A stretch of 64,000 nt of DNA from an uncultured Gemmatimonadales bacterium (lineage in GTDB: Bacteria; Gemmatimonadota; Gemmatimonadetes; Longimicrobiales; Gaopeijiaceae): positions 352,001 through 416,000 of the forward strand of contig CAWGKG010000010.1 of NCBI GenBank assembly GCA_963823035.1, written 5' to 3'. Each line of letters starts with the position of its first letter. Positions within the stretch are counted from its first letter, which is position 1. The notes below the pieces were generated by a model, which was not told the origin of the DNA, did no database searches, and worked only from the letters and a program-made list of their open reading frames with translations. Positions 53,611 to 63,239 of this stretch are shown piece by piece. Both the position numbers and the translations under genes were made by a program.

Positions 53611-54369
53611 TCAGGGCGCCCAGGAAGGCTTCGCGACCAGTCCGGGCTGGAAGGTGGCCAGGTAGGCGACCAGATCCCACATGTCTGCGTCGTTCAGCAC
53701 GATGCCCCAATTCGGCATGAGCGAGCCGTGCACGTGCTGCCCGCCCTCGCGGATCTTGTTGTAGACCGCGTTCCAGTCCTTCGACGCGACCAGCGTGTCG
53801 GACGTGAAGTTCGCCGGCTTGAGGTCGACGAGGTTCGCGGCTGCCGGCCCGTCGCCCTGTCCGTTGGGACCGTGGCACCCGGAGCACCGGAACTGGTAGA
53901 TGCGCTGGCCGTTGAGCGCACTGCCCGGGATCTCGGGTGGGTAGGCTACCGCCGGGATGTAGGCCAGCGCCGCTTCGAAGGCCTCGGGCTTCACGAGCTT
54001 GACCACGTACTGCATGTGCGGATGCGTGGAATCGGCCCCCTCCAGCGTAGCCCGGAAGCGCTCCTGCAGGCTCGTGGCCGACGCGGTCGCGTATTCACGG
54101 GTCTGGAAGGAGGGTGGCACGATCTCGTCCGTCCGCGCTGGGCCGTTGCCGTGTCCGGCGGAGCCGTGGCAGGTCCAGCAGACCGACTCGAAGACGACCT
54201 GCCCTTCCTTCTGCTCCGCGTTGAGGGTCACGGCGACGTGCTCGGGGGGCCCTGCGGCGGTGGCGGCCTGCATCGTTCCGGACGGTGCCTCCTGTGGCCC
54301 GGAGCAGGCGGCGACAACCGCCGAGCCGGCCAGAACCGCCGTGAACGTGACGAGGACGAGCTTCCGCAT
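53611..54369 (-). CDS. diheme cytochrome c lipoprotein
   Basis: Lipobox VVAAC; CWTCHG and CSGCHG; distal HPHM and LMPNW. Confidence 0.9.
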   Translation of the reverse strand: MRKLVLVTFTAVLAGSAVVAACSGPQEAPSGTMQAATAAGPPEHVAVTLNAEQKEGQVVFESVCWTCHGSAGHGNGPARTDEIVPPSFQTREYATASATSLQERFRATLEGADSTHPHMQYVVKLVKPEAFEAALAYIPAVAYPPEIPGSALNGQRIYQFRCSGCHGPNGQGDGPAAANLVDLKPANFTSDTLVASKDWNAVYNKIREGGQHVHGSLMPNWGIVLNDADMWDLVAYLATFQPGLVAKPSWAP

Positions 54370-54607
54370 GACAACCTCCGGTACGGTTTCGGTGAGGAAG
54401 CCGCGAGCGCGCATCCCCGAGCGCGCGCGACTCGACGGACTACGTTGAGAAACGGCTCCGGGATTGTATGTAGGACGAATCCCTTTTGCACGGGGGGGAG
54501 AATCCCCACGTCCCCCATTGGTGCTCTCCGGGCAGAGAAAGAGAGGGTCGGGCGCGAGCTTCGGGAAGCCCCGGCGTGGTGCCGGCGCATGCCCGGAGGA
54601 GAGTCCC

Positions 54608-55063
54608 GTGAGCGACCATCCAACCTTCTCCGTTGACCTGGAGCGTCTCGAGCGCTTCCAGTTCGATGTGACGTTCGACGATGCTGCATGGAGTCCGATC
54701 CGCCTGGACGAGCCCGTCCCGATCGGTGACGGGACCGCGCCCAACGCCGCCCGTCTGATCGGTGCGGCGATCGGCAACTGCCTGGCGGCCAGCCTCCTCT
54801 TCTGCCTGCAGAAGTCGCGCGTCGAGGTCGCCGGCATCACCGCGCACGTCGAGGGCTCGCTCGAGCGAAACGAGAAGGGTCGGATGCGCATCGGATCGGT
54901 GAAGGTGACGCTGAGGCCCACGCTCGACGGCGTTCCCCCCGAGAGGTTCGGGCGCTGCCTGGAGCTCTTCGAGGACTTCTGCGTGGTCACGCAGAGCGTG
55001 CGCGACGGGATCGACGTGGACGTCATGGTCGAGCCCGCCGGGACGGCGTCCGTCACCGGTTGA
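54608..55063 (+). CDS. OsmC family protein
   Basis: DEPVPIGDG..PNAARLIGAAIGNCLAASLLFC and FEDFCVVTQSVRDGI. Confidence 0.88.
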   Translation: MSDHPTFSVDLERLERFQFDVTFDDAAWSPIRLDEPVPIGDGTAPNAARLIGAAIGNCLAASLLFCLQKSRVEVAGITAHVEGSLERNEKGRMRIGSVKVTLRPTLDGVPPERFGRCLELFEDFCVVTQSVRDGIDVDVMVEPAGTASVTG

Positions 55064-55138
55064 CCGCGAAGGTCGATTCGGTACTTTTCACTGCTCCCGA
55101 CCGTCGGTCGAACCGTCGGGGTCGGAGTGCGGTGCCAC

Positions 55139-55211
55139 GCCCCGTTAGCTCAACTGGTAGAGCAACTGACTCTTAATCAGTAGGTTCGGGGTTCGAGTCC
55201 CTGACGGGGCA
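55139..55211 (+). tRNA. tRNA-Lys (anticodon CTT), CCA not encoded
   Basis: Acceptor GCCCCGT/ACGGGGC, D-arm GCTCAACTGGTAGAGC, anticodon arm ACTGA-CTCTTAA-TCAGT, T-loop GTTCGAG. Confidence 0.97.
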
Positions 55212-55220
55212 CTCGAACTT

Positions 55221-55258
55221 CAGGCCCCTCAAGGCTTTCCGGCCTTGGGGGGTTTGTC
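55221..55258 (+). terminator. hairpin terminator downstream of tRNA-Lys
   Basis: CAGGCCCCTCAAGGC-TTTCCG-GCCTTGGGGGGTTTG stem-loop with G-U pairs. Confidence 0.55.
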
Positions 55259-55467
55259 GTGGACCGAAGGGTTGTGCCAGGATGGGCGGCACAATCTGTC
55301 CAGTCGGGGCCGGACACGGGTCGGAACGTGGCTGTTGGTCATCGTTGCAGAGACGCTGCCAAGCGGGCCGTGACTCTTGGCCGGCCCCATTCCGGCGGCG
55401 GAGTCCATGATCCGCCTTCCACCGTGACGCTGTGGTCCACGCCGCGGCAGGCCCGCGGCTGCGATCG

Positions 55468-55965
55468 TCAGTCGCGACGGACCACCACGCTCAGGCTCCC
55501 GTCCGGCTCCAGCCACGCCTCCTCCACCTCCGCATGCGACGACACCCCCTGTTCATGGAGCTTCGTGGTGATGTCAGCGCGCGTGAGGAGGAGCGCACGC
55601 GCGTTCTCGACCAGGAGGTCGCCGTGGTCGATGATGCGGGTGGGGTTCTGGCGGAGGATCTTCCGCAGCCACGCCACATGGAAGGCCAGCCGGTCGATGA
55701 CCAGATCCCACGCGAGAATCACCACTGCGAGGATCGCAGCGTCGCCGACGCTGCGATGACCGCCGCTGATGCCCTCGCGCACCGCAACCGCCAGGAGGAA
55801 CACCACCAGGATGTCCGACATGGAGACGCCCGCCAGCAGGCGGCGCCCCACTACGCGCAAGAGGACGAAGAGGAAGAGATAGATGGCGGTCGCGCGCACG
55901 ATGAGCTCGGCGATCGGTGCGTCCGGACGGAGGATCGCGCTCCACGAATCCGGCCAGAACGTCAT
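55468..55965 (-). CDS. DUF421/YetF family membrane protein
   Basis: YLFLFVLLRVVGRR, three TMs, IIDHGDL and EAWLEPDGSLSV. Confidence 0.88.
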   Translation of the reverse strand: MTFWPDSWSAILRPDAPIAELIVRATAIYLFLFVLLRVVGRRLLAGVSMSDILVVFLLAVAVREGISGGHRSVGDAAILAVVILAWDLVIDRLAFHVAWLRKILRQNPTRIIDHGDLLVENARALLLTRADITTKLHEQGVSSHAEVEEAWLEPDGSLSVVVRRD

Positions 55966-55993
55966 CGTCCTCCACCGCCGCCGATCGCGAGGC

Positions 55994-56191
55994 TCAGAGC
56001 TTCTGCATCCATTCGTCCACTTCCTTTCGGGCCGCTTCCCTGGTCTTCCCGTAGGCCTCCTGCACCTGCCCGATCAGCTCGTCGCGACGTCCCTTCACCC
56101 GCTCGATCTGGTCGTCGGTGAGCTTGCCCCAGCGCTGGCGGGCACGGCCTTCGAGCTGCTTCCAGTTCCCTTCGAGTTCGTCGTGGTTCAT
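55994..56191 (-). CDS. CsbD/YjbJ family general stress protein
   Basis: MNHDELEGNWKQLEGRARQRWGKLTDD...LIGQVQEAYG. Confidence 0.93.
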   Translation of the reverse strand: MNHDELEGNWKQLEGRARQRWGKLTDDQIERVKGRRDELIGQVQEAYGKTREAARKEVDEWMQKL

Positions 56192-56273
56192 GCGATTTGC
56201 TCCGATGTTCTCGGGGATCGTGTCATTCGGTCTGTGGCCGGGGCCGGAGCCCCGACTCTCTCCCCATGAACAC

Positions 56274-56288
56274 GCAGGACCCATGCCA
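56274..56288 (-). promoter_or_regulatory. sigma-54 promoter upstream of CsbD gene
   Basis: Minus strand TGGCAT-GGGTC-CTGC. Confidence 0.6.
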
Positions 56289-56728
56289 GCAGCGAGGCGC
56301 CCCGTTCCACGGCGACCGGAGAACCGGAGGGCTATCCGTCGAGCGGCCCCGCCCATCGAGCACCTCGGGCATCGGCCCTCGGACTGGCCTTCTGCCGCTG
56401 CCTCGGCACGCCTCTCCCGCACCAGGACCGAACATGCAATTCCGTATCGCGTCCTCGCCGCCCGCGGCGCGCGATGGCGCGCACGGTCTCCCGCGCCAAG
56501 GCGACGTGGGTGCCCCGGGGATGCTTGGGGTCTCCGGGAACCCCGTCCAGGGCCGCCCGGGGCCAGCCCGAGCCCCACGCGGACCGGGGCATTGGACCTC
56601 GAGGAACGTCCGTCACGGATGGAAGTGGCGGCCCGCGCGGGATGCCGTGCGGAGCATCTTCCCGCAGCTTCACGTCGTGTCTCCCCTGCAGACGAGTCCA
56701 ATCGGTCCCACCATCTGACGCACGGTCC

Positions 56729-58145
56729 ATGGAAGCATACCTGATCAGCGGCTGGGCTCTCGGGATCCTACTGATCCCCTTGGTGGCGCATCGCAGGGGC
56801 CTGACTTCGGCGCTGAGCTGGCTTGCCGTCGTGTTTGCGCTGCCCTGGCTGGGGGCCGTGCTCTACCTCCTCTTCGCCGAACGGCGCATGACCCGCCGCG
56901 TCCGCCGCCGGCGGGCCATTCTCGACGTCACGCGGACCCGCGAGCATCTCCGCTTCCAGGAGGGACACGCGATGGATCCGCCGCTCCCTGCGAGGGCGGC
57001 TGCGCTCGGCGCTCTCATCCGTCGCCTGGGCGGCTTCGACGTGGTGGGAGGAAATCGGGTGGAGGTGATGCCGGGAGACGCGCGGACGGTAGCCCGGATG
57101 GTGGAGGACATCGACGCGGCCGAGCACCACGTGCATCTGCTCTACTACATCATCGATGACGCCGACTCCGGTCGCGCCGTGGCGGAGGCGCTGGAGCGCG
57201 CCGCGGCCCGGGGCGTGGCGTGCCGCGTCCTCGCCGACGCCGTGGGCTCGTACCGGTTCCATCGAAGGATGGCGGCCAGACTGCGAGCCGTCGGCGTCGA
57301 GGTGAAGCGGGGCCTGCCCTTCTCGTTGCTCGCCCGGCGCCTGCGGCCGCTGGACGTGCGCAACCACAGGAAGCTGACGGTCGTGGATGGACGGGTGGCG
57401 TACACGGGCTCCATGAACCTCACCGACCCGTTCGCCGGTCACGCCGACGGCCTCGGCCAGTGGCGCGAGATCATCGTGCGCGTGACCGGGCCGGCCGTCC
57501 TCCAGCTCCAGGTGGTCTTCGAGGAGGACTGGCGGTACAACGTCGGGGAGGCACTCGCCCGGGAACGCCTCTTCCCCTCCCCGACCGCTACGGGCCCGGT
57601 ACCCCTCCAGGTGGTTCCCTCCGGGCCCGGTGATCGGGAGGGCGTCATCCACAACCTCCTGGTGGCCGCCATCCACGCGGCGACCGACCGCGTCGCCCTG
57701 ACCACCCCCTACCTGATCCTGGACGAGCCCACGCGGTTGGCTCTCGAGACTCGCCGCGCTGCGGGGGGTCCGCGTCCAGGTAGTGATTCCCGCGCGCAGC
57801 GACGCGCGGCTGGTGGACCTGGCCAGCCGCTCCTACGCGGACCTACTGCTGAGTCAGGGCGTCGAGGTGCACGAGCACCGGGCAGGCTTCCTCCACGCCA
57901 AGACCTTCACCGCGGACGGCGCGCTCGCGATGATCGGCTCGGCGAACTTCGACCGCCGCTCCTTCCACCTCAACTTCGAGCTCAACCTGCTCCTCTACGG
58001 GAGGGACGCCGTGGACGAGGTCACGCGCATGCAGGACCTGTACCTGGCCGACAGCGACCCCATCGTGTTGCCGGAGCGCCGCGGCACACTTCGCCTGCGG
58101 AAGGTGGCGGAGGACGTGCTGAGGCTCCTGAGCCCCCTCCTCTAG
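56729..58145 (+). CDS. cls: cardiolipin synthase (apparent frameshift near 57750)
   Basis: N-terminal TMs; two HKD motifs, NHRKLTVVDG and LHAKTFTADG; GSANFDRRSF.LNFE. Confidence 0.92.
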
Positions 58146-58249
58146 AAGCTCTGCACAAGGTCGGCACTCCGCGACCCGCGGAGGAGGTGACCTGAAGGCG
58201 GTGACCGCCGACCGGCAGTGGCCTCGGGAAGTTTCGACTTATCTCGGAT

Positions 58250-58862
58250 GTGAAATCCGACGGCGTCGATCCAGCGCTTTCGGCGCAGAATCCCTATATG
58301 CAGGCCGACGAGACGTGGATCACCATGAACGGGACGGTGAAGGCCGTGACGCCCCACACGTTCTCGCTGAAATACGCTGACGACGGGTACGTCACCGTCG
58401 AGATGGACGATTGGGACCACAATGCCGACGCATTCAAGCTGGTGGAGGGTGACGAGGTCACGGTGATCAGGCAGGTCGACGACGATCTGTTCGAGACCAC
58501 TTCCATCGAGGCCAGCAGCGTGTACGTCAAGAACCTGAACACGTACTTCTACACCAGCCCCGGCCGACGAGGAGGGTTCCTCCATCGCGTTGGCCAGCCC
58601 GGCGCTCGGCACGACGGTCACGGTTCGCGGGACCGTGAGCAAGATCGATGGTCGGGACTTTTTGTTGGATACGGGCCCACGGCAGATCCGTGTGGCCACG
58701 GACATGATGAGCTACAACCCTCTCGACGACGAGGGCTACCAGAAGATCGACGTCGGTGACCGCGTGCGCGTCACCGTTGCGATGGACTACGAGTTCTGGG
58801 ACGGACGCGAGCTGACCGCCGACGCGGTCATCACGCTCAAGAACCGCGTCATGGACCGGTAG
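58250..58862 (+). CDS. tandem OB-fold periplasmic stress-type protein, possibly 5'-truncated (frame break near 58560)
   Basis: Two similar units (WITMNGTVKAV..FSLKY..VTVEMDD..GDEVTV and VTVRGTVSKI..FLLDTG..IRVATD..GDRVRVT). Only the end of a signal peptide is present. Confidence 0.55.
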
Positions 58863-59023
58863 TCACATCCAAGGGGTCGAGAGGCCCATTGAACGAGTGA
58901 TGTCCGAGAGCCCCGGGACCGGACGCGCCACCACGGCGCTCCCCGGTCGCCCGGGGCTTCGGTCATTTCTCCACCACGACCCCATCGACGTCCGCGCCCA
59001 TGTCTCGGAGCGCGCAACGCGTG

Positions 59024-60397
59024 TCACGTCATCGACGCCAGGTCGGAGCTGAAGCTCGGATACGCGAACACGATGCCCTTGATCTGGTTCGCGGTGAGTC
59101 CAGCCTTCATCGTCGCACTGAGGACGTTGATCTGCTCCTCTGCTCCCGGCCCGAGCACGTGGGCCCCCAGGATCCTTCCCGAATCTCGGTCCACCAGGGT
59201 CTTGAAGCCGCTGGTCGGGGCCGCTACCCGAAGCGATGAGTACCACTGGGTGGTGTCCGCGACGTGGTGGACCTCGTAGTCCATGCCCTTCTCGGTGGCC
59301 TCGGCCTCGAGCAGGCCCACGCGCGCGAGCGGGGGGCCCGTGAAGACGACGCTGGGAATCGACGGATAGTCGACCTCGGCCACGTCCTCACCCGCGAGGA
59401 TGTTCTCCGCCGCGATGCGTGCATCGTAAGCCGCCACGGGCGTGAGGGCGGGCGCGCCGGTGTCGGCGGCGTCGCCTGCGGCGTATACCGCCGGATTCGT
59501 GACGCACCGGAGCGCACGGGTGACCTGGACGCCCCGCGGGCCCCAGGCCACGTGGGCCTCATCGAGTCCCATGTCATCCAGATCCGCGACACGGCCGGCG
59601 CCGTGGACCACGAGGTCGCAAGGGACCGATCCCCACCCGTCCGGGTCATCGTAGAGTACGCGCAACTCCCCGTCCTTCTCGACGCCGGTCACGCGCGAGC
59701 GCAGACGCACATCGATGCCCAGAGCCCGGGTGCTTTCCAGGAGCCGCCCGACCAGGTCGGGGTCGAAGGCCTCCAACGGGTGATCTCCGCGGTGGAGGAC
59801 CGTGACCTTCCGAGCACCGGCGCGGCGCGCGACGTGGCTGAACTCGAAGGAGATGAATCCCCCGCCGATGAAGCAGATTCGCGGAGGCAGTGCGGGCAAC
59901 TCGAGAAAGTCCGTGCTGTTGATCACCCGGGACTCGCCGGGGATGTCGAGCGGCCGCGGCCGGGCACCCGTCGCGATGTGGAATCGGGACGCGCGCACCG
60001 AAACCTGTGCGTCACCCTCGATCAAGACATCGTTCGGCGACACGAAGCGTGCGTGGCCATGGAAGGTTTGGACCCCGGCATCCTGCAAGCCCTTCTCCGC
60101 ACGCTCGGGCATCGGGTCGGTGAAACTCCTCTTGAACGCCATCATGGCCGACCAATCGGCCTGGAGGACCCGTGCTTCCAAACCCCTGCCCTCGAGACGC
60201 CTGGCCTGGTCGAGCGCCTCGGTCACGCCGACCAGCACCTTCTTGGGATCGCAGCCGCGCAGCGCACATGTGCCGCCGTAGGGACGCTCGTCGGTGATGG
60301 CCACCGACAGTCCCGCCTGGGCGCACCGACGGGCCACGCCCATGCCCCCCGTCCCGGCTCCGATCACCAGAAGGTCGAAGTCGCGCCGCTCGCCCAC
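59024..60397 (-). CDS. pyridine nucleotide-disulfide oxidoreductase (glutathione reductase-like)
   Basis: GAGTGG, redox motif GGTCALRGCDPKK, GGGFIS, YAAGD and FAYPS (Tyr in place of the usual His). Confidence 0.92.
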   Translation of the reverse strand: MGERRDFDLLVIGAGTGGMGVARRCAQAGLSVAITDERPYGGTCALRGCDPKKVLVGVTEALDQARRLEGRGLEARVLQADWSAMMAFKRSFTDPMPERAEKGLQDAGVQTFHGHARFVSPNDVLIEGDAQVSVRASRFHIATGARPRPLDIPGESRVINSTDFLELPALPPRICFIGGGFISFEFSHVARRAGARKVTVLHRGDHPLEAFDPDLVGRLLESTRALGIDVRLRSRVTGVEKDGELRVLYDDPDGWGSVPCDLVVHGAGRVADLDDMGLDEAHVAWGPRGVQVTRALRCVTNPAVYAAGDAADTGAPALTPVAAYDARIAAENILAGEDVAEVDYPSIPSVVFTGPPLARVGLLEAEATEKGMDYEVHHVADTTQWYSSLRVAAPTSGFKTLVDRDSGRILGAHVLGPGAEEQINVLSATMKAGLTANQIKGIVFAYPSFSSDLASMT

Positions 60398-60446
60398 AGG
60401 TCCTCCTCCCGTTCAACGTTCACGCCCCGTCCCGGCGACCACTCGT

Positions 60447-60461
60447 GCAAAGACGGTACCA
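60447..60461 (-). promoter_or_regulatory. sigma-54 promoter upstream of oxidoreductase
   Basis: Minus strand TGGTAC-CGTCT-TTGC, ~50 nt before the start, which has a GGAGGA RBS. Confidence 0.7.
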
Positions 60462-60596
60462 CGCCCAGCCATGCTCCGGCGGCGCCTGGAGGAGATGGCC
60501 CGTGCCGCCCCGCAGCGCGGAGGAATCCCGTCGGACCGTAGCGCTCCGGATATCGCGTTTCAGATCTACGCGACTCTGGCGGTCGCCTTCGGGGCA

Positions 60597-61385
60597 TCAC
60601 TGCCGTCGCACGGAGTGGCTGTACTTCAGCCCAGCCACCAGGGCCACGCCCCCGAGGATGTTCCCCAGCGTGCTGAACGCCAGGACGGTGCCGTAGTCGG
60701 CCAAGGTCACCTGAGGATCGATCATGACCCCCGACATCACCTCGACGCTCCCGACGATGCAGTGGTGGAACCCGACGAACCCCATGCAGAAGGTGATCAG
60801 CCACACCACGACCACACGGGAAACGGTTTCCTGGGACGCCGCCACAAGCCACGACAGGAGCCCCATCAGCCACCCGGCCGCCACGGCGCTGAGGACGATG
60901 GTCGAGGGCTGGTGATCCACGATGCCGCGACTGATGGCGGTGAACGCCGCCGGCGTGATGACGCCCAGGCGGGGGCCCAGGGTCACAACGAAGGCGGAGA
61001 ACAGGACCGTGCCTACGAGGTTGGACACGTAGATCAGCGCCCAGAGCCGACCCAGTTGACCGAAGGTGGCCCGTCCGCTGAGTACCGGAAAGACGGCGAG
61101 GGTAGCGTGCTCGGTGAACAACTCGGAGCGTCCGAGGATCACGAACACGAAGCCGACTGTATAGGCGTTGCCCAGGACGAAACGCTTCAGGAGAGGCGAC
61201 GCGTCGGGCCCCACCAGGGTCAGCGCGACCGCCATGAAGAAGACCGAGAATCCGATGTCCAGCCCCGCGGAAAAACCCGATAGAAGGAGTCCGGGTGCAG
61301 GTCGGCGCAGTTCGTCGAGCCCCTGGCCTACTTCCTCGGCGAGGATCTGGCCGGATGTCTTGGCTTGGTCGGTTTCCTGGGTCAT
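60597..61385 (-). CDS. formate/nitrite transporter family protein (YfdC-like)
   Basis: LLLSGFSAGLDIGFS, GRSELFTE, NLVG, AGWLMG, HCIVGS and GNILGG. Confidence 0.9.
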   Translation of the reverse strand: MTQETDQAKTSGQILAEEVGQGLDELRRPAPGLLLSGFSAGLDIGFSVFFMAVALTLVGPDASPLLKRFVLGNAYTVGFVFVILGRSELFTEHATLAVFPVLSGRATFGQLGRLWALIYVSNLVGTVLFSAFVVTLGPRLGVITPAAFTAISRGIVDHQPSTIVLSAVAAGWLMGLLSWLVAASQETVSRVVVVWLITFCMGFVGFHHCIVGSVEVMSGVMIDPQVTLADYGTVLAFSTLGNILGGVALVAGLKYSHSVRRQ

Positions 61386-61447
61386 GTCACGAGGGAGAAG
61401 TGAGTTGGGCCGCACCCGGCTGGCGGCGCCCCTGATCGGACGTGCGT

Positions 61448-61462
61448 GCAAAAGGCGTTCCC
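61448..61462 (-). promoter_or_regulatory. sigma-54 promoter upstream of FNT gene
   Basis: Minus strand GGGAAC-GCCTT-TTGC; GG and GC are at the conserved spacing. Confidence 0.55.
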
Positions 61463-61564
61463 CGCCAGCCTAACGGGCTTGCCCAGCTTCTCCGGCAAGA
61501 TGACGTTCAACCCCTCCCTCGAACTGTTCCGACCCAGCGCGCCACGACAAGCGAACCCAGAACC

Positions 61565-62731
61565 ATGGTCCAGACGCCCCGAGGTGCCCTGTCGGCCGAG
61601 GCCGACAAGGTGGTGGATACCTGGCTGTCCCAGCTCCCGCGAGTGGCCGAGCGGGACCTGGAATCCCCGGACCTGAGGGAGGGATACCGATCCCTCGCTC
61701 GGGCCGTCCTCGGCCAGGGCCTCGCCACCCTCGACGCCACCGCCCAGGGTACCGAGGAGTGGAACCCGGACTTCGACGGCATCCTCGCCCGGCTGACCGC
61801 GGCCACGAGGAAGGCGGGGCTGAGCATCGGCGACCTGCTCGAGGATCTGGGGCACCTGACGCCGCTCACGATATCGTGGCTCCAGGAGGAGCTGGACCAT
61901 CCGAGCCGGGGGCACGGCGACCTCCTCCGCGTCACCACCCGGCAGATGGTCCTGCTCCACGGTGTGGCGGGGCGGTTGGTGCGCCTCCTGGAGGCCAGCG
62001 CCGCGCGGGCCCGGCGCGAGCACGCCGAGGCCCTCACCGCGATGACCCACATGCTGTCTCACGAGCTGAAGAACCGCCTCGGGGCGGCGCGAACCGCCAG
62101 TCAGATACTCGTGACCCCAGATCTGGGCCTGGACCGGGATGGCCTGGAGCGGGCGGCCGAGCTGGTGCGCTCCAGCGTGGACGCCGCCCTGCGAACGGTG
62201 GACGACGTGCGGACCTTGGCCTCGAGCCGGACCCGAATCGACGAGCACATCACGAACCCCATGCTCCTGCCGGGGTTGGTCGGGGCCATCGTGGAGCCGC
62301 TGGCGACGTTGGCGGAAGAGCAGGGTGTCGCCGTCGAGCTCGATGGCACGGTTCCGGACTGTTGGGTCGACGCCCCACGCCTGCGCCTCGTGGCCTACAA
62401 CCTTGTGGGGAACGGCATCAAGTACCACGACCCGGAGCGGGATACGCCACGGGTACGGATCGCGGTCGAGGAGCTCCCTGACGGCCGCGTCGAGGTCCGC
62501 GTCACCGACAACGGCGTAGGCATCCCGCCCGGGGAGATCGGGGACATCTTCGCCTACCGGGCGCGGGGCAGCCACACCAACGGGGTGTCGGGGTCGGGCC
62601 TGGGCCTGGCCATCACCGCGGAGGCAGTGGCGCAGATGGGAGGAGAGATCTCCGTGGAGAGCCGGGTAGGCGTCGGCACCACATTCACGGTGCGCGTTCC
62701 ATCGCTTGCACCCCCGGAGAAACCGATCTAG
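61565..62731 (+). CDS. cytoplasmic sensor histidine kinase
   Basis: No TM; helical N-terminal domain; SHELKNRL, NLVGNGIKY, DNGVGI and GSGLGL. Confidence 0.9.
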   Translation: MVQTPRGALSAEADKVVDTWLSQLPRVAERDLESPDLREGYRSLARAVLGQGLATLDATAQGTEEWNPDFDGILARLTAATRKAGLSIGDLLEDLGHLTPLTISWLQEELDHPSRGHGDLLRVTTRQMVLLHGVAGRLVRLLEASAARARREHAEALTAMTHMLSHELKNRLGAARTASQILVTPDLGLDRDGLERAAELVRSSVDAALRTVDDVRTLASSRTRIDEHITNPMLLPGLVGAIVEPLATLAEEQGVAVELDGTVPDCWVDAPRLRLVAYNLVGNGIKYHDPERDTPRVRIAVEELPDGRVEVRVTDNGVGIPPGEIGDIFAYRARGSHTNGVSGSGLGLAITAEAVAQMGGEISVESRVGVGTTFTVRVPSLAPPEKPI

Positions 62732-62760
62732 AGCCGACCGGAGGCGTCTCGCGGGGAAGT

Positions 62761-63135
62761 TCAGTGGCTCGCCAGCCCTTCGGTCAGCGCAGAAATCAAG
62801 GCGTGCGGGTCGAGGGGCTTGGTCAGGACCCGGACGAAGTCGCCGCTCTTGATGGCCCTGGCCCGCAGGCGGGAGCTGTCGGACGTGATCGCGATGACGG
62901 GAATGGCGCGGCCCGGGGGCTGGGCAGCCAGGGCCGCCGCGATGTCCAGGCCGCTCATGCCGGGTAGGCGCAAGTCGGTGACGACGACATCCGGGCCGAC
63001 GCTCTCAACCATGGCGAACCCCGACGTGCCGTCGGGCGCGGCCGCCACGCGCCACCCCTGGGACTCCAGCAGGAGGGTGAGGACCTCCCGCACTCCTGCG
63101 TCGTCCTCGATCAGCACAACCTGCCTGTTCGTCAT
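62761..63135 (-). CDS. single-domain response regulator
   Basis: VVLIEDD, VTDLRLPGMSG, PVIAIT and LTKPLD. Confidence 0.9.
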   Translation of the reverse strand: MTNRQVVLIEDDAGVREVLTLLLESQGWRVAAAPDGTSGFAMVESVGPDVVVTDLRLPGMSGLDIAAALAAQPPGRAIPVIAITSDSSRLRARAIKSGDFVRVLTKPLDPHALISALTEGLASH

Positions 63136-63203
63136 CCCATGCCCACCTCTCTCGATGCCTGACGCGCCAAGCCGCAGGCGTCTGTTCCCGCAAGCCTTCC
63201 CTC

Positions 63204-63218
63204 GCAAGCCTGGTGCCG
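63204..63218 (-). promoter_or_regulatory. sigma-54 promoter upstream of single-domain response regulator
   Basis: Minus strand CGGCAC-CAGGC-TTGC. Confidence 0.6.
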
Positions 63219-63239
63219 CAACCCCGGTGTCGCAACGCG

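Noticed and set aside
54475..54489. Sigma-54 promoter upstream of the second OsmC gene
   Set aside because: TTGC is present but there is no GG at the -24 position.
55212..55467. Integrase remnant or att site next to the tRNA
   Set aside because: No recombinase motifs or duplicate of the tRNA 3' end could be identified by eye.
56434..56448. Second sigma-54-like site upstream of CsbD (minus strand ...GATACGGAATTGC)
   Set aside because: It lacks the conserved GG dinucleotide.
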